Shown one piece after another: positions 46,921 through 58,619 of a stretch of 64,000 nt of DNA. Source of the DNA: Neoechinorhynchus agilis (taxonomy: Eukaryota; Animalia; Acanthocephala); assembly GCA_051530055.1 (NCBI GenBank), contig CM121342.1, positions 3,223,489-3,287,488 of the forward strand, read 5' to 3'. Each line of letters opens with the position of its first letter. Position 1 is the stretch's first letter. The notes beneath the pieces were generated by a model. That model was given only the letters and a program-made list of their open reading frames with translations. It did not search any database and was not told the DNA's origin. The translations under genes were made by a program, and so were the position numbers.

Positions 46921-49308
46921 ATGTTATCTAAAGCTATAATTTTCTACTGTCTTTTCATATTGGTTGGACTTCGATCAGCACCTTACACAATCCACCGAAT
47001 AAATGATTTTCTGATCGAATATCATCCAACTCATGTCCAGATTGGAAATGAGTTCATTCAGTTTACTGAGCCGCTGTTATTTCGCATACGATTACCGGAC
47101 GAATTGTACAGATCGGGTATCAATGAAGAAATTTTAAAAGAATACACAGCACACCTACTTTTGGAACATTTAAAGAAACTGGGATTCATAATGAGAACAG
47201 AGATAAGTGGTGTAGCGTTTGTCCTTCCAGTTACCGCTACCAAACCTCAATTAAATGAAGTTCAACCAATGCTACAAAGCGTACTTGAACTTGAAGGAAT
47301 TCCCGTTTCGTTAGAATTGTTAAACCCGCCACACGTAACTGTCCCAGTACACCATCACGAGCAGATATTTCCTCAATCCCATCATAGATTCGGAGTGCCA
47401 AATGATCCGATGACGCCCGGTCATATCGAGACAAATTTAAAATTTCCGATTCTGGAGTTCTTATCTTCGCAGCTGAAAAAAACCGGAATGGACGGTTTGC
47501 AACCAGAATCTCATCATTTAATCGGAATGACTACCGAAGCTCCAAATTTTCAACCAGAGGCTTTTTCTCCCCCAGGGCAAACAAATAATGACGTCCAATT
47601 TCCAATCTTTGAAAAGTTGATGTCGTCTCATCTACACAACACCCAGATAGCAAATGAGCTTCCCGCCTCATATAAAAATGGATTTCGGCCACAATCACAT
47701 CAAAAATTCGAACGGCCAAATGAACCTTCAGATTTTAAACCGGAAAAATTCTCTCCCCATATCCAAGCGAACACAAACCTTCAATTTCCCATTTTTGAAA
47801 AGTTGATGTCGTCTCATCTTCACAATACTCAGATTGCAAATGAGCCTCCAGCCTCATACAACAATGGATTTCAGCCACAATCACACCACAAATTCGGACG
47901 ACCAACCGAATCTTCAGATTTTAATCCAGAGACATCATCGCCTCATACCCAACCGAATGCGAGCCTTCAATTTCCCATCTTCGAGAAATTAATGTCATCT
48001 CAACTTGAGAACATAGATATAGCCAATCGGCTTAAGGAGTTTGAAAAGGATAGATTTCGGTCACAATCACACCACAAATTCGAACGACCAACTCAGCCTT
48101 CGGATTATAAACCAGAAAAATCCTCTCCCGTTATCCAAACCAACACAAACCTTCAATTTCCCATCATTGAAAAGTTGATGTCGTCTCAATTACACAACGA
48201 TCAGAATGCAAATGAGCCTCCAGCTTCGTACAGCAATGGATTTCCGCAACAATCACACCACAATTTAGGGCGACCAACTGAACCTTCCGATGTTAAACCA
48301 GAAAAATTATATCCCCATCTCCAAGCGAACGCAAACCTTCAATTCCCCATTCTTGAAAAGTTGATGTCGTCTCATCTACACAACACTCAGATAACAAATG
48401 AGCCTCCAGCCTCATTCAATAACGGATTTCGGCCGCAATCACACAACAAATTTGGGCGACTAACTGAGCATTCGGGTTATAAACCGGAGGCATTATCTCC
48501 CCATATCCAAACGAACGCGAGCCTTCAATTTCCCATCTTCGAGAAGTCAATGTCATCTCAACTTGAGAACATCCATATAGCCAATCAGCTTAAGGAGTTA
48601 GAAAAGAATAGATTTCGGTCACAATCACACCACAAATTTGGGAGGCCAACCCAATCTTCAGATTTTGAACCAGAGACATTCTCTCCCCATGTACAAACGC
48701 ACACAAACCTTCAATTTCCCATCTTAGAGAAGTTAATGTCATCTCAACTTGAGAACATCGATATAGCCAATCAGCTTCCAGAGTCAGAAAAGGATAGATT
48801 TGGGCCGCAATCACACCACAAATTATGGCGACCAGCTGAATCTTCAGATTTTAAGCCAGAGACATTCTCTCCCTATATCCAAACGAATGCAAACCTTCAA
48901 TTTCTGACTTTTGAGGAAATGCAATTTTCTCAGCCATATAAAAATGAGCAGGCAAACGAGCTAGAGAAATCGGACAAAAATGGATTCAGCTTCCAATTCC
49001 ACGACGAATTCGAGGTACCCAATGAAAATCTAAACATAGAACCGGACATACTCTCGAATCAAGATATGAAAATGGATTCATTATCACAAGAACTTCAGGT
49101 GTTTTTAGATTCCCTACCGCCCAGCACAACAACAGATACACTGCTTCCATTGTACGAGCCATATAACCAATATGCAAATCGTGAGTACGGACCAGCATTT
49201 GATCCGGTGGATGTCGAGAGCGAAGAAAATGGTCATCCACAAGAAGATTTGGCTTTAATAATGCCTGAATCTCCTTGGTATGGACAATTCCAATGGTTGA
49301 ATTCTTAG
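46921..49308 (+). CDS. Secreted protein with ~8-9 tandem 62-aa repeats, intronless orphan
   Basis: Signal MLSKAIIFYCLFILVGLRSA. Repeat NLQFPIFEKLMSS.L.N..IAN..P.....GF.PQSHHKFGRPT..SDFKPE..SPH. The frame is kept over 795 aa despite synonymous divergence between repeats. Confidence 0.9.
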   Translation: MLSKAIIFYCLFILVGLRSAPYTIHRINDFLIEYHPTHVQIGNEFIQFTEPLLFRIRLPDELYRSGINEEILKEYTAHLLLEHLKKLGFIMRTEISGVAFVLPVTATKPQLNEVQPMLQSVLELEGIPVSLELLNPPHVTVPVHHHEQIFPQSHHRFGVPNDPMTPGHIETNLKFPILEFLSSQLKKTGMDGLQPESHHLIGMTTEAPNFQPEAFSPPGQTNNDVQFPIFEKLMSSHLHNTQIANELPASYKNGFRPQSHQKFERPNEPSDFKPEKFSPHIQANTNLQFPIFEKLMSSHLHNTQIANEPPASYNNGFQPQSHHKFGRPTESSDFNPETSSPHTQPNASLQFPIFEKLMSSQLENIDIANRLKEFEKDRFRSQSHHKFERPTQPSDYKPEKSSPVIQTNTNLQFPIIEKLMSSQLHNDQNANEPPASYSNGFPQQSHHNLGRPTEPSDVKPEKLYPHLQANANLQFPILEKLMSSHLHNTQITNEPPASFNNGFRPQSHNKFGRLTEHSGYKPEALSPHIQTNASLQFPIFEKSMSSQLENIHIANQLKELEKNRFRSQSHHKFGRPTQSSDFEPETFSPHVQTHTNLQFPILEKLMSSQLENIDIANQLPESEKDRFGPQSHHKLWRPAESSDFKPETFSPYIQTNANLQFLTFEEMQFSQPYKNEQANELEKSDKNGFSFQFHDEFEVPNENLNIEPDILSNQDMKMDSLSQELQVFLDSLPPSTTTDTLLPLYEPYNQYANREYGPAFDPVDVESEENGHPQEDLALIMPESPWYGQFQWLNS

Positions 49309-49759
49309 CTTACTCTATAGATCCTTATTTATTATATTTTATAAACATCATTTACAGTTTTTAAGTGTTTATTGACGAAAACGATTTGCAAAAATCTGAA
49401 AGATGGAGATACTGTTGTTTGCATTCAGCTGTAATTTTGTAAAAAAAACAGCACCTTTAACTAAGTGTTTAGAACATCTATTACTCAGCTTTTCCTGTGC
49501 CATAAGAAAAGCCAAGTAAGGGATGTTTTAGACACTTAAATAAATATAACCGGCTTGCTAGTAGACATTAGCGAACTTTCCACTACGTCGATTATTTCTA
49601 TTAATAAGAAAAACTGCCATGGTAAACCGATTTATCATTGCAATCACGAAATCACTTTTGATGCGTTTTATGAGTAAATTTGTGAATTGCTTGCCTCAAC
49701 AAGATTATGCCACTAAATTTATTGTACTAAAGCTTGTTCTAAGCGAAGTAGGACACAAT

Positions 49760-50113
49760 TCAATAGTGTCCATAACCTCCGTATCCTCTAAATCCTCCAT
49801 ATCCTCCACAGCATCCACCGCCAAACGCCAATAGGAGTGGAAATAGCAGTAGGAATGGAATGAAAAACCACCGTTTCCCATCGACGACCTTTTTTGGTAT
49901 ACGTTCGTCCTCCATAATTTTCTTCAACATTTCAGCTGGAAGTTCTGTTTCCTCAATCCACTGAGGCTTTACTGCGACCCCGATTTGAGCAACGGATTTA
50001 TCTGGCACCGTTGTATTGGTATCGTCGATGACAATTAAAGATTCGGGGATCTTCGGTTCGTCACAGAACGCGAATGTAGCGAAGATGGCGACAAAGATTA
50101 AGATCAGTTGCAT
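49760..50113 (-). CDS. Secreted prepropeptide, family B copy 1 (aromatic/Gly-Tyr-rich mature part)
   Basis: Signal peptide, acidic pro-region ending IPKKVVDGKR, then WFFIPFLLLFPLLLAFGGGCCGGYGGFRGYGGYGHY. TATAAAAG lies at 50154-50161. Confidence 0.85.
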   Translation of the reverse strand: MQLILIFVAIFATFAFCDEPKIPESLIVIDDTNTTVPDKSVAQIGVAVKPQWIEETELPAEMLKKIMEDERIPKKVVDGKRWFFIPFLLLFPLLLAFGGGCCGGYGGFRGYGGYGHY

Positions 50114-50582
50114 GGTGAGTGCTCAATACTCAGTTTCACAAGGATCGTGTCTCCTTTTATACTACCGAGATTTGGAACAGAGATCTAAACAATCACAAGA
50201 ATTCTCTCACACACACATCCATTGAACAACATTCGAATATGTTGAACAATACAAAGGACAGGGAAAAAAGATTGTTTTGATGACAATAAAGACGCTTAGA
50301 AGAGCGGACAAATTGAACACATTCGAATGCAAGAAAACCATTTTCATCCGAGCTATTGAATATACAATCATTTCGTGATTTGTGTCGACGAAAAAGAGAG
50401 GTTTTAGATGTGAACTCCTGCCCTATTAATTCCTGGGAAATCGAGATTGAATAAAGGATGAAAATTAAGCTATTGGTTTTGATAAGAGGCGTACTCATGG
50501 CAGAGATGTTTCTTTAAATTTGAATTCCGATTTTAATGAAGTGAACGATCAGTGTTAATTATTTTGATTAGAAGTGTTATTA

Positions 50583-50744
50583 AGGTCTTCACTCGGTAAA
50601 TAATTTTTTATTAAAGACTTTTCGAAACTCATCGGGTTTATCATCAGTTTGTTAGTTATTTATAGACGCTTATTAACAAACTGGCGATGAACTGGGCGAG
50701 GTAGCAGAAAGTCTTTACAAAAATTATTTATCGGGTGAAGACCT
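50583..50744. mobile_element. Fold-back MITE-like element (AGGTCTTCAC family), copy 1
   Basis: AGGTCTTCACTCGGTAAATAATTTT ... AAAATTATTTATCGGGTGAAGACCT. A second copy lies at 59310-59452. Confidence 0.8.
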
Positions 50745-52209
50745 AAATAACACTTCTAATCATATACCCCGGTACTCCTCACATATCAACAATATTAATT
50801 ATTTTGTTTAATTTTTGTGTTTTTCCATCTACATCAGATGTGGAGCTTGAAAATCTTTACAAAAATTCAGAAACATCCCAGAGCATCAAGAGGAAATGAA
50901 TTTCACTCCATAAGCTTGCGTTGTTCCCTCGTCACATCGACTAGATTAAAGGTCAATAATAAAATTTCCACAATTCTATTCATTTTCGGAAGGTAAATTT
51001 ACTCTAAACTTAAATTCTTGGATAGAAGCCGGTTAAGTGGCGGAAAGGGCAAGGCAATAGAGAGGAATACAAATATCTCGGTCGGTCGCTCTACATCTTC
51101 CAACTTTTCGCCATTGAGATAATTGGTATCGTTGGACTAAGCACCGCGAAATTTTTTACCTCGGAAAATGGTTGATTACAACGACAACAAAAGGATTCCA
51201 CGACGGCCAACTATTTTTTATTCGAGAATGTGCAAGGCGATTTTAAAGAAGGAGAATGCTGGAGGGAATGGAGGAAAAAGATGTTTCGTCTATTCCATCG
51301 ATGCTTCTATAAATCTTAAAAATTATTTGAAGAAATTTCGGCGATGGTGCAGATGAAATAGCTCAAAATTCATTGTCTAATCTTTTCTTTGTTTTTTATT
51401 CAATTTCTTATGCTAAACTAGCGATCACTAATCATTCACACCGCCACTCTGGATCACTCAGCTGCAATTTCATAATTTCGTTTTAGGATGGGTTTCATTT
51501 TTTATTGATAATTCCAAGTGAGTTTAAAGAGTGTCACATTAATTCAAATCTGAGAATCATCAAGAGAGAAAATCGTTCGGGCTGATAGAGTATTTAGTTG
51601 CAAGAGAAAAAAATTTCTTTTCGTATAATAGTTATAAATTAATTGATGTTTATTTTAGAAAAATCATTGACACCACCGCTCTGGATAACTCAACTGCCTT
51701 AGTGGTGTAACGGTCGAAAGGACGGATGCAGCGTTCCGTCCCGTTGCTTAGTTAGACTTATGTTTTGTAGGAGGAATGCTCCTGATCTCGGATCGCCAGT
51801 GATTCGTCTCAATCTCTTAGACAATTGTTCGACCAGGTCCTATGCCGCGGTACCAACCGACCCGAGGGTCTCGACGCCAAATGGTAGAAAATAATGATTT
51901 CGACCCAAGTCCCTGTATTTGGTCCTTTTACGTTCATCAGCGGCCGTCGCTGCTCCCTCTTCGGTTTAACAGTTGCGAATTTTATGTTGCTGGCTGCAAG
52001 CGTGGCATTTCCGAGAAGGACTTTGCCTCCCATCGCCACGGGAATACTGTTACACCGTCCGTTCTACGGCGGCCATTGAGCCGGCAAAGATTGCTGGGCT
52101 CTAGGATGTTGTGCGAATTCACAGTATTCAGAGCACGACTAAGAGAATCGCGTTCACTTCGCCGAGTCGTGAGTACGCCAAACCATTTTCTTTTCGTATA
52201 ATAGTTATA

Positions 52210-52382
52210 CCATCGTTCGGATTAAAATTGACTACTTTATTACCGATATTTTGTCACTTCCGACATTTTAAAAAAGGTTCTTCATTTGTTTAACACACCT
52301 TTCAAGTTTGGGAAAACGTCGGAATCGATCAAATATTTTAAATAAATTGGTCAATTTTAACCCGAGCGATGGGGAAAACTAC
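52210..52382. mobile_element. Fold-back MITE-like element
   Basis: CCATCGTTCGGATTAAAATTGAC ... GTCAATTTTAACCCGAGCGATGG. Confidence 0.7.
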
Positions 52383-52569
52383 CAAAAGAGCAAAGTTAAC
52401 AAAATCTATCATTTCAGAATGTTTGACCATCAAAAATTGTTCATTTCTTAATGCAGGGCAAATAAGTTCTTAAATGTTTTTTTGTTCTGACAAGCTGGTT
52501 CTATTGATTCAGATTTAGTTTTTTCAGAGAAGTGATATTACCACATAAACTTCGATGAACAACAGTTAA

Positions 52570-52750
52570 GAGTTCCAAATCCCTGTTTCAGGGTCAAAGG
52601 TTTCGAATCCACGATCGCCGATGACACACAACCAACAGGGACGAAATACTTCGTTGAAGGGAGGAAACTCACTGATGAATCAAGCCTCCCCGGGAGGTAT
52701 CTGAGAGTCCGGAGAGAGAGTTTATGTGGTCATATGACTTCTCCGATGTA
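52570..52750 (+). mobile_element. tRNA-headed SINE, copy B (5'-truncated; B box only)
   Basis: GGGTCAAAGGTTTCGAATCC, then GGGACGAAATAC..GAAGGGAGGAAACTCA..GAGGTATCTGAG..ATGTGGTCATATGACTTCTCCGATG, colinear with copy A. Confidence 0.85.
52638..52710 (+). ncRNA. Candidate non-circularly permuted hammerhead ribozyme within SINE copy B
   Basis: GGGAC-GAAA-TACTTC ... CTCA-CTGATGA-aTC ... GGAGGTATC-TGAG. The CUGAUGA core is intact, but the stem II 3' strand is decayed. Confidence 0.65.
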
Positions 52751-52869
52751 AAACATAAGATTCGACCGCCGGAGGTGCTGAAATAATTCACAATAAGAAG
52801 AAGTACTGACAAACTGGTTCTATTTAGTTAGATTTAGTTTTTTTTCTTGTTTGTTGGCCGATAATAACG

Positions 52870-53494
52870 AAGCACACAGAATGATGCCTACTGGCCGTCA
52901 TGGAAACAAGAATCCTGAGATGGATCAGTGGTTTCACCTTCAAAGTCGTAAATAAAAGAAATTCGGAATAGATATGGAATGGCAGCAATCGCCATGGTCT
53001 AATCATGTAATGAGGCCGAATCCAATCGTCAAAACTGTTCTGGAACTAACTGTCGAAGGAAGGAGACCGAAAGGACGCCCGAAATGGAAATGTTCAATTT
53101 ATATGTTTTAAAACGAGAATTCACCTTCAAAGTCGTAAATAAAAGAAATTCGGAATAGATATGGAATGGCAGCAATCGCCATGGTCTAATCATGTAATGA
53201 GGCCGAATCCAATCGTCAAAACTGTTCTGGAACTAACTGTCGAAGGAAGGAGACCGAAAGGACGCCCGAAATGGAAATGTTCAATTTATATGTTTTAAAA
53301 CGAGAATTCACCTTCAAAGTCGTAAATAAAAGAAATTCGGAATAGATATGGAATGGCAGCAATCGCCATGGTCTAATCATGTAATGAGGCCGAATCCAAT
53401 CGTCAAAACTGTTCTGGAACTAACTGTCGAAGGAAGGAGACCGAAAGGACGCCCGAAATGGAAATGTTCAATTTATATGTTTTAAAACGAGAAA
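52870..53494 (+). repeat. Tandem triplication (187-bp unit) of an RTE LINE 3' fragment
   Basis: TTCACCTTCAAAGTCG at 52933, 53120 and 53307. Encodes RILRWISG..WSNHVMR..VLELTVEGRRPKGRPKW, typical of RTE C-termini. Confidence 0.85.
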
Positions 53495-53893
53495 CGGTTA
53501 ATCGGACATTCTGATGTTCAATGTTCTTGAGATTATTAGCGTTCATAAGCTTCATAACCGTACATAAAGTGGAGACGAGCTTGCCACAGTGGCGTAAATG
53601 GCCTACGAACAACAACTCGGTCTCGATTTATTAATTCCGATATTTCGGCGCAGTCTCCGTTCTAAAATGGTTCATCTTCGAAAGAGCGTTTCGCATCGTC
53701 ACCTGCACATCAAACGACGGCGACGACGACCATGGCGGTTGCAGCGCGATTGACGAGTACGGCGGCGGCGCGTCTCTCTCTGTCGGTTATCGCACACGCA
53801 CACACAACCATCCGTCGTTTTGGTGCAGCAGCACCGTCTCCTTTTTTTCGTCCTCGAAGCAGCAGGAGCATTGGATCGTTGTCATGGTAGCCA

Positions 53894-55502
53894 ATGACCA
53901 AATCAGTTCTAACGAAACTGGTAGCATTGCTCGTCATTGTAGTTGGAACAACTTCAACGACCGATCTGGATCATCGACGATTAACCCTGTTCACACGATT
54001 CATCGAACTCGTCAATGAAAGTCTTAGTATTAATCAAGAAAACATAAACAAACGAATCGTTTCTTTGTACTCGGGACAAGTACCGGACGTTGTGATCGCT
54101 TCAGCCATGCAGTACGTCTCCATGGCTGATAAATATGAACTCGACCGAAGTAAAAAATTCGTTCATGAAACCGTACAGACTCGGTTGAATTTCATCAGCA
54201 AAAATGGGTTTACAATTCAAGTCAAAAACAACGGATTGCGGCCTGTTAAGGAATCGCGACGAAGAACAACTCAATTTTCTTCTTTTTTCTTTTAATGAAG
54301 GCAAAAATTATTCTATTTTAATGTTAACTCCATGTCGTAAAACGGTTTTTTTTCGAAATCGTTAAAAAAATTACAAGAAAATTGGTTCTTTCAAAGAACA
54401 ATTCTCGAGTCCCATGACGTTGAGGAAAGAAAATATTTAAATTTATTAAAATGTCTAAAACTCCACCGATTGTTAAATTACAAGGTCAAAAATTATTTTT
54501 ATATGCATTTTCCCTATGGCGTATGCATGGCTCAGCCAGTCACATTCATCAGCGCAAATTAAAGTTTTCCTATTGGACTAAATTCAGCCGTGTAGAATAA
54601 CTTAATTTACGCTGATATTTGTTGAGGCAAAATTTTTGTTGAAGCGTAAAAAAACAGACGTTCGAATCCTTTGAGAATCTTCGTCACTATCCTATAAAAT
54701 TGAACATATTAAATTCACTGTATACATTCGGAACCACATCCCCATACCGTACACGCCGCGCATTGTGTTGGTCCGGATAGTAAAATCCGGTTTTACCCTT
54801 TATAATGGAAGCGTTTTACTCTCTTTAACGCCTTACACAAACTCCTTGGATTCTGAAGGAATACAAGTGACAAATGTTCTAAACCACAATGAAATTATAT
54901 CAATTAAAGTTCGCTTCGTCGACAAGATTCTTAAACGAGTAAAGTTTAAGGACGAAGCTTTGGTTCGTCTGAAGTTATCTTCTACGAAAAACAGGCGTAA
55001 ACGACGGCAAACTCCATATATTTCTGAAGAATCTCACCGAGTACTTCCAAATGGCTGTCTAATAAAAACTCACGTGTATAACTTCAACAATCCAGAAATT
55101 CTAGACGTTCTCGCAAAAGGCGATCTTTTCAAGCAAGTAGGAGTTCCTATAGGTGTCTATGAAATCTCATATTGTTCAATGTCAGCTGAGACTTCATGTC
55201 AGGAATCAACGTCTGAAGCAATGCATCATGCAACCTGTGCTGATAATACAATGCCCAAACGCAGTCCTCACTTCCTTCAAAAGCAACATAGTCAAATCCA
55301 AATGTATTACCTCAATCACTTTATGCAATCGAATGTGAATGGACGGAAAATGTACACTGGCTGTTGCTTTCCTACTCAATATAGAGATGTACGAATGCAG
55401 TTCTCAAGTGGGTACATTGAACATATTTCGGACGCCAGTGCAACCAATTGTGGATGCTTTTATGGCGTTAATGTCCCATGCCACGCTAGAAATCACTTAT
55501 AA
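53894..55502 (+). CDS. TGF-beta superfamily ligand precursor, divergent (at least 2 exons)
   Basis: Signal peptide at 53894. Furin site RRKRR. Mature domain C..(HVYNF)..Y-C...C...CCFPT....CGC. The second-exon frame is open from 54675. The splice junction is uncertain. Confidence 0.8.
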
Positions 55503-56156
55503 ATACACGAGAGTTTTTTTCTCGGGATCTATACAATTTCCTCGTCGCCTATATGAAACGAGAACTTTTCGGGCTTTTAGAATGCTTCAATTTTTTTTAC
55601 CGACATATGCAAACGGGTAATCTTCTCCATCATATTCAAGTTTTGATAAAAATAGCTTCTTTGGAACGGTGTGGTAGTCTTATTATTGCCAATCTTTATG
55701 GCGTCTCTTAAATATGTAAATAAGTCTTAAAGATAAGTTTTTTATCTCGAAGTTAAAAATGTTTTTTCTTATAAATCAAACAATAATTTTATAAGTCAAT
55801 TATTTCTCGGATCATAAAATAATTTTGGTCTAAGTAAATAAAACAATGAGAAAAAAGAAGATTATGATCTTAATATTGCAAAGGACCGTACAAACCGTGC
55901 GTTTCAACTACAGAATGTCGTCTAGTCTTTGACAAAAAAACTGAAAATCTTTCAATTCGATAATTTCTCTATATGATTCTGCAATTTTTTAATGCTTTTT
56001 GATGTTCAGATTTGGTTTTTATTCAACTAACTTAAGAATTTGCAAATTACAGTAAAACATAGAAAAGTTAATATAAAACGCGAAAGATGTGCTTATAGTT
56101 ATGATTGGATGTGAATTAGCACTTAATGGATTCGGTAATTATTTTCCTGATTCATA

Positions 56157-56320
56157 TGGGCTGCTTTTTTTCGTTGAAATTAAAATGATTTTATTTTTAA
56201 AATCCGATAATTCGACACAATCTTACACTTTAACAACCTTGATAAACGCGTACAAGATTTTGCCGAAATATCGGATTTTAAAAATAAAATCATTTTAATT
56301 TCTATGCCGGAGAACAACCA
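56157..56320. mobile_element. Fold-back MITE-like element, TGGTTG family
   Basis: AAAATGATTTTATTTTTAAAATCCGATA ... GCCGAAATATCGGATTTTAAAAATAAAATCATTTT..AACAACCA. Confidence 0.85.
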
Positions 56321-56443
56321 AAGGGGACACTAAGGGAAGTTAGTTGGTTTCAAGTCTTGGATTCTGATTGGCTAGAGCAGGTCAATCTTTTTCTACCCTT
56401 TAAGTAAATACGAAACCATACAATCAAAATCAGAGGAGACAAC

Positions 56444-57169
56444 ATGAATATTTCAGTCAATCGAATGGATATCGAAGCTCAGAAACTATTCTGCCTTGTC
56501 GTACAACATCAAATGTTCAAACAAATGAGTAATGGAAAAAAGGACTCAGTACATTCCCCTTCAGCGATCAATAGTCTAATGGAGTCGAAAATCAGCGAAA
56601 TGCGACGCAATCCGAAGCTTAGCCGTCTTCAAAAAATGCGCCTACTCACAATTCCTCCGCCGGAATATTTCTCGAACCTGCTGCAGCCGACAAGCAACAA
56701 AGTAGACTTCACATCGACGCTTTCGCGAAAGAGAAAATTTAAACAAGTTAAAAATGGTTTTCAATGCGATAAAAAGAAGCAAAATATTGTCGATGTGGAA
56801 AACAAGGAAAATCTCTATTCAAATACAACAAAGAGAAAGATGACAACCTTTGCTTCAGTTTTGTCTTCAGTGTCGCACAATTGCGAACCGCAAACGGAAC
56901 AAAGGAAACCTAAAATTGAACATATGGATCTCTGCTGCTTTGGTGCTCTTCATTCGGATCGAGATTATCGATGCTGGAAGTGTCCGAAATGCAAAAGAAC
57001 ATCTCTAGAAGACATTCAACATCAAAGGGGTCAATGTGGGTATAAATCCTGCGGATTCATATATTGCACCCTGTGCTTCTCAAACTATCATCCGTTTGAG
57101 CCCTGCATTCAACCATTTCAGCCAAAATCTTCAAAAACCGCGTTAAAGCGACAACTGAGGCGATGCTGA
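56444..57169 (+). CDS. Emi1/Emi2 (FBXO5/FBXO43, Rca1)-like APC/C inhibitor, intronless
   Basis: C-terminal ZBR CPKC..QRGQC..KSCGFIYCTLC.SNYH...C followed by a basic tail KTALKRQLRRC resembles Emi1 (C..C..QRATC..EGCGFDYCTKC..YH...C..KKNLRRL). KEN motif present. No F-box seen. Confidence 0.72.
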   Translation: MNISVNRMDIEAQKLFCLVVQHQMFKQMSNGKKDSVHSPSAINSLMESKISEMRRNPKLSRLQKMRLLTIPPPEYFSNLLQPTSNKVDFTSTLSRKRKFKQVKNGFQCDKKKQNIVDVENKENLYSNTTKRKMTTFASVLSSVSHNCEPQTEQRKPKIEHMDLCCFGALHSDRDYRCWKCPKCKRTSLEDIQHQRGQCGYKSCGFIYCTLCFSNYHPFEPCIQPFQPKSSKTALKRQLRRC

Positions 57170-58619
57170 TATTCTCCAAACGAGCAACAGTTAATTTATA
57201 TTTAGCAAAGCGAATAAATTATTTTAGTTTTCTTAAACATTTTTATTCTCATCTAGAAATTTATTGAAACAATTCATATATATCCGAGAATTTTCTTTTG
57301 GTAGTTTTGCCACCCCGGAGATAATAATTCAAGACATATCCGAGAGTATTTCTCTTTTCTGCTATGTATAATTACGCACTTTAGGTTACCGTAATCGCTA
57401 AAAATATATGCGCAATCCATTTTTCCGTTCTTGTTTGAACGCTGCTTTCATTGTTCCTACCTGGCGTTTAGTTTAAAGTGCCGCTGACCCATCCATCAAG
57501 AAAAGAATATAAAGTACTAAATCAGCGATAGTAATTGCATAACTTTTTTATTGCGAATTCAAAACTCAAATGAGCATTTGATTTGTTACACAATTGCTTA
57601 AGGGTCACCAGTGAAATAATTTAAGCTTATTAAAATAAAATAACATTCGAATTTGTAGAATATCGTGAGATGTTTTAAAATTCAATTATAAATCTGCCTT
57701 GTTTATTAACAGATAAAACAATTTTTTGATTTTATTGACGATAATCTCTTCCAAATAAAATAAATAATATTCTCCGATTTTGGTCCAAGAGCATCCATAA
57801 AGAAATTTGTAGTCTTGAAGGAACGCCAAAACCGCAATGTGCGCATAACGAACCACTTAAACTGAAAATTTAGATTCGACTTACAGCACCTTTGGGCAAA
57901 AGGGCTAGTTCGATCCTAAAGACGCTTTATGATTCGCTGTTAAAATATTTAATGAGAATTTTAAGCGATGCAGGCCAGGTGACCTTTCCACAATGCTCAG
58001 CATATAAATTGAACATAAAATAAAAATATTCACAAGATATCTAGAGAGAATATCAATTCGATGTTAAGATTATATATAACTAAAAACCTGTTAAAAAAGA
58101 GCATTGATGATAGCATCATATATACAACCCAATAAAATAAATTGGTATTAACGATATTAGCTTTTTTGGATTATTATCCTCCGCGGAAAACCTACTTTAT
58201 TTTGGTAGTTAGGTTACTCCGGATTTAAATTGACTGATTTATTGCTGATATTTCGTCCGATAATTCCGACATTATCAAGGTTTGCCGAATAACTACAAAA
58301 AAAGGATATTACCTTTGTTGAAGAGCTCTCTTTGTAGGAGACTTTAAAATGGCATATTTATAGGAGATTCAGTTTACAGATTTAAGCGAATTAACTCTTT
58401 TTTTGTGTATTTTTTCCAATTAGTTTTTCCAAGGATGTTAAAGTGGGCGGATTCATTGAGTTCCTTTAGTTATGGCTTCTCAATACTCAAATTATGAACT
58501 TGGTAAATCACGCTTATAAAAAAGGAGAAATCAACACGCCGCTTGATTCCATAATTTGCAGATCACTCGATTTGCCAACTAAGGTGTTTTACTTTGGTGT
58601 AATTAATTATCTGCTATCT

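Noticed and set aside
51705-51800. A-box-like TAGTGGTGTAACGG followed by a GGACGG/CCGTCC hairpin
   Set aside because: No B box, cloverleaf or ribozyme core, and no second copy in the window.
53710-54304. Minus-strand ORFs overlapping the TGF-beta first exon, and similar antisense ORFs over GST, FAM20C, the LINEs and the repeat protein
   Set aside because: Shadow ORFs of better-supported coding frames, with no recognisable motifs.
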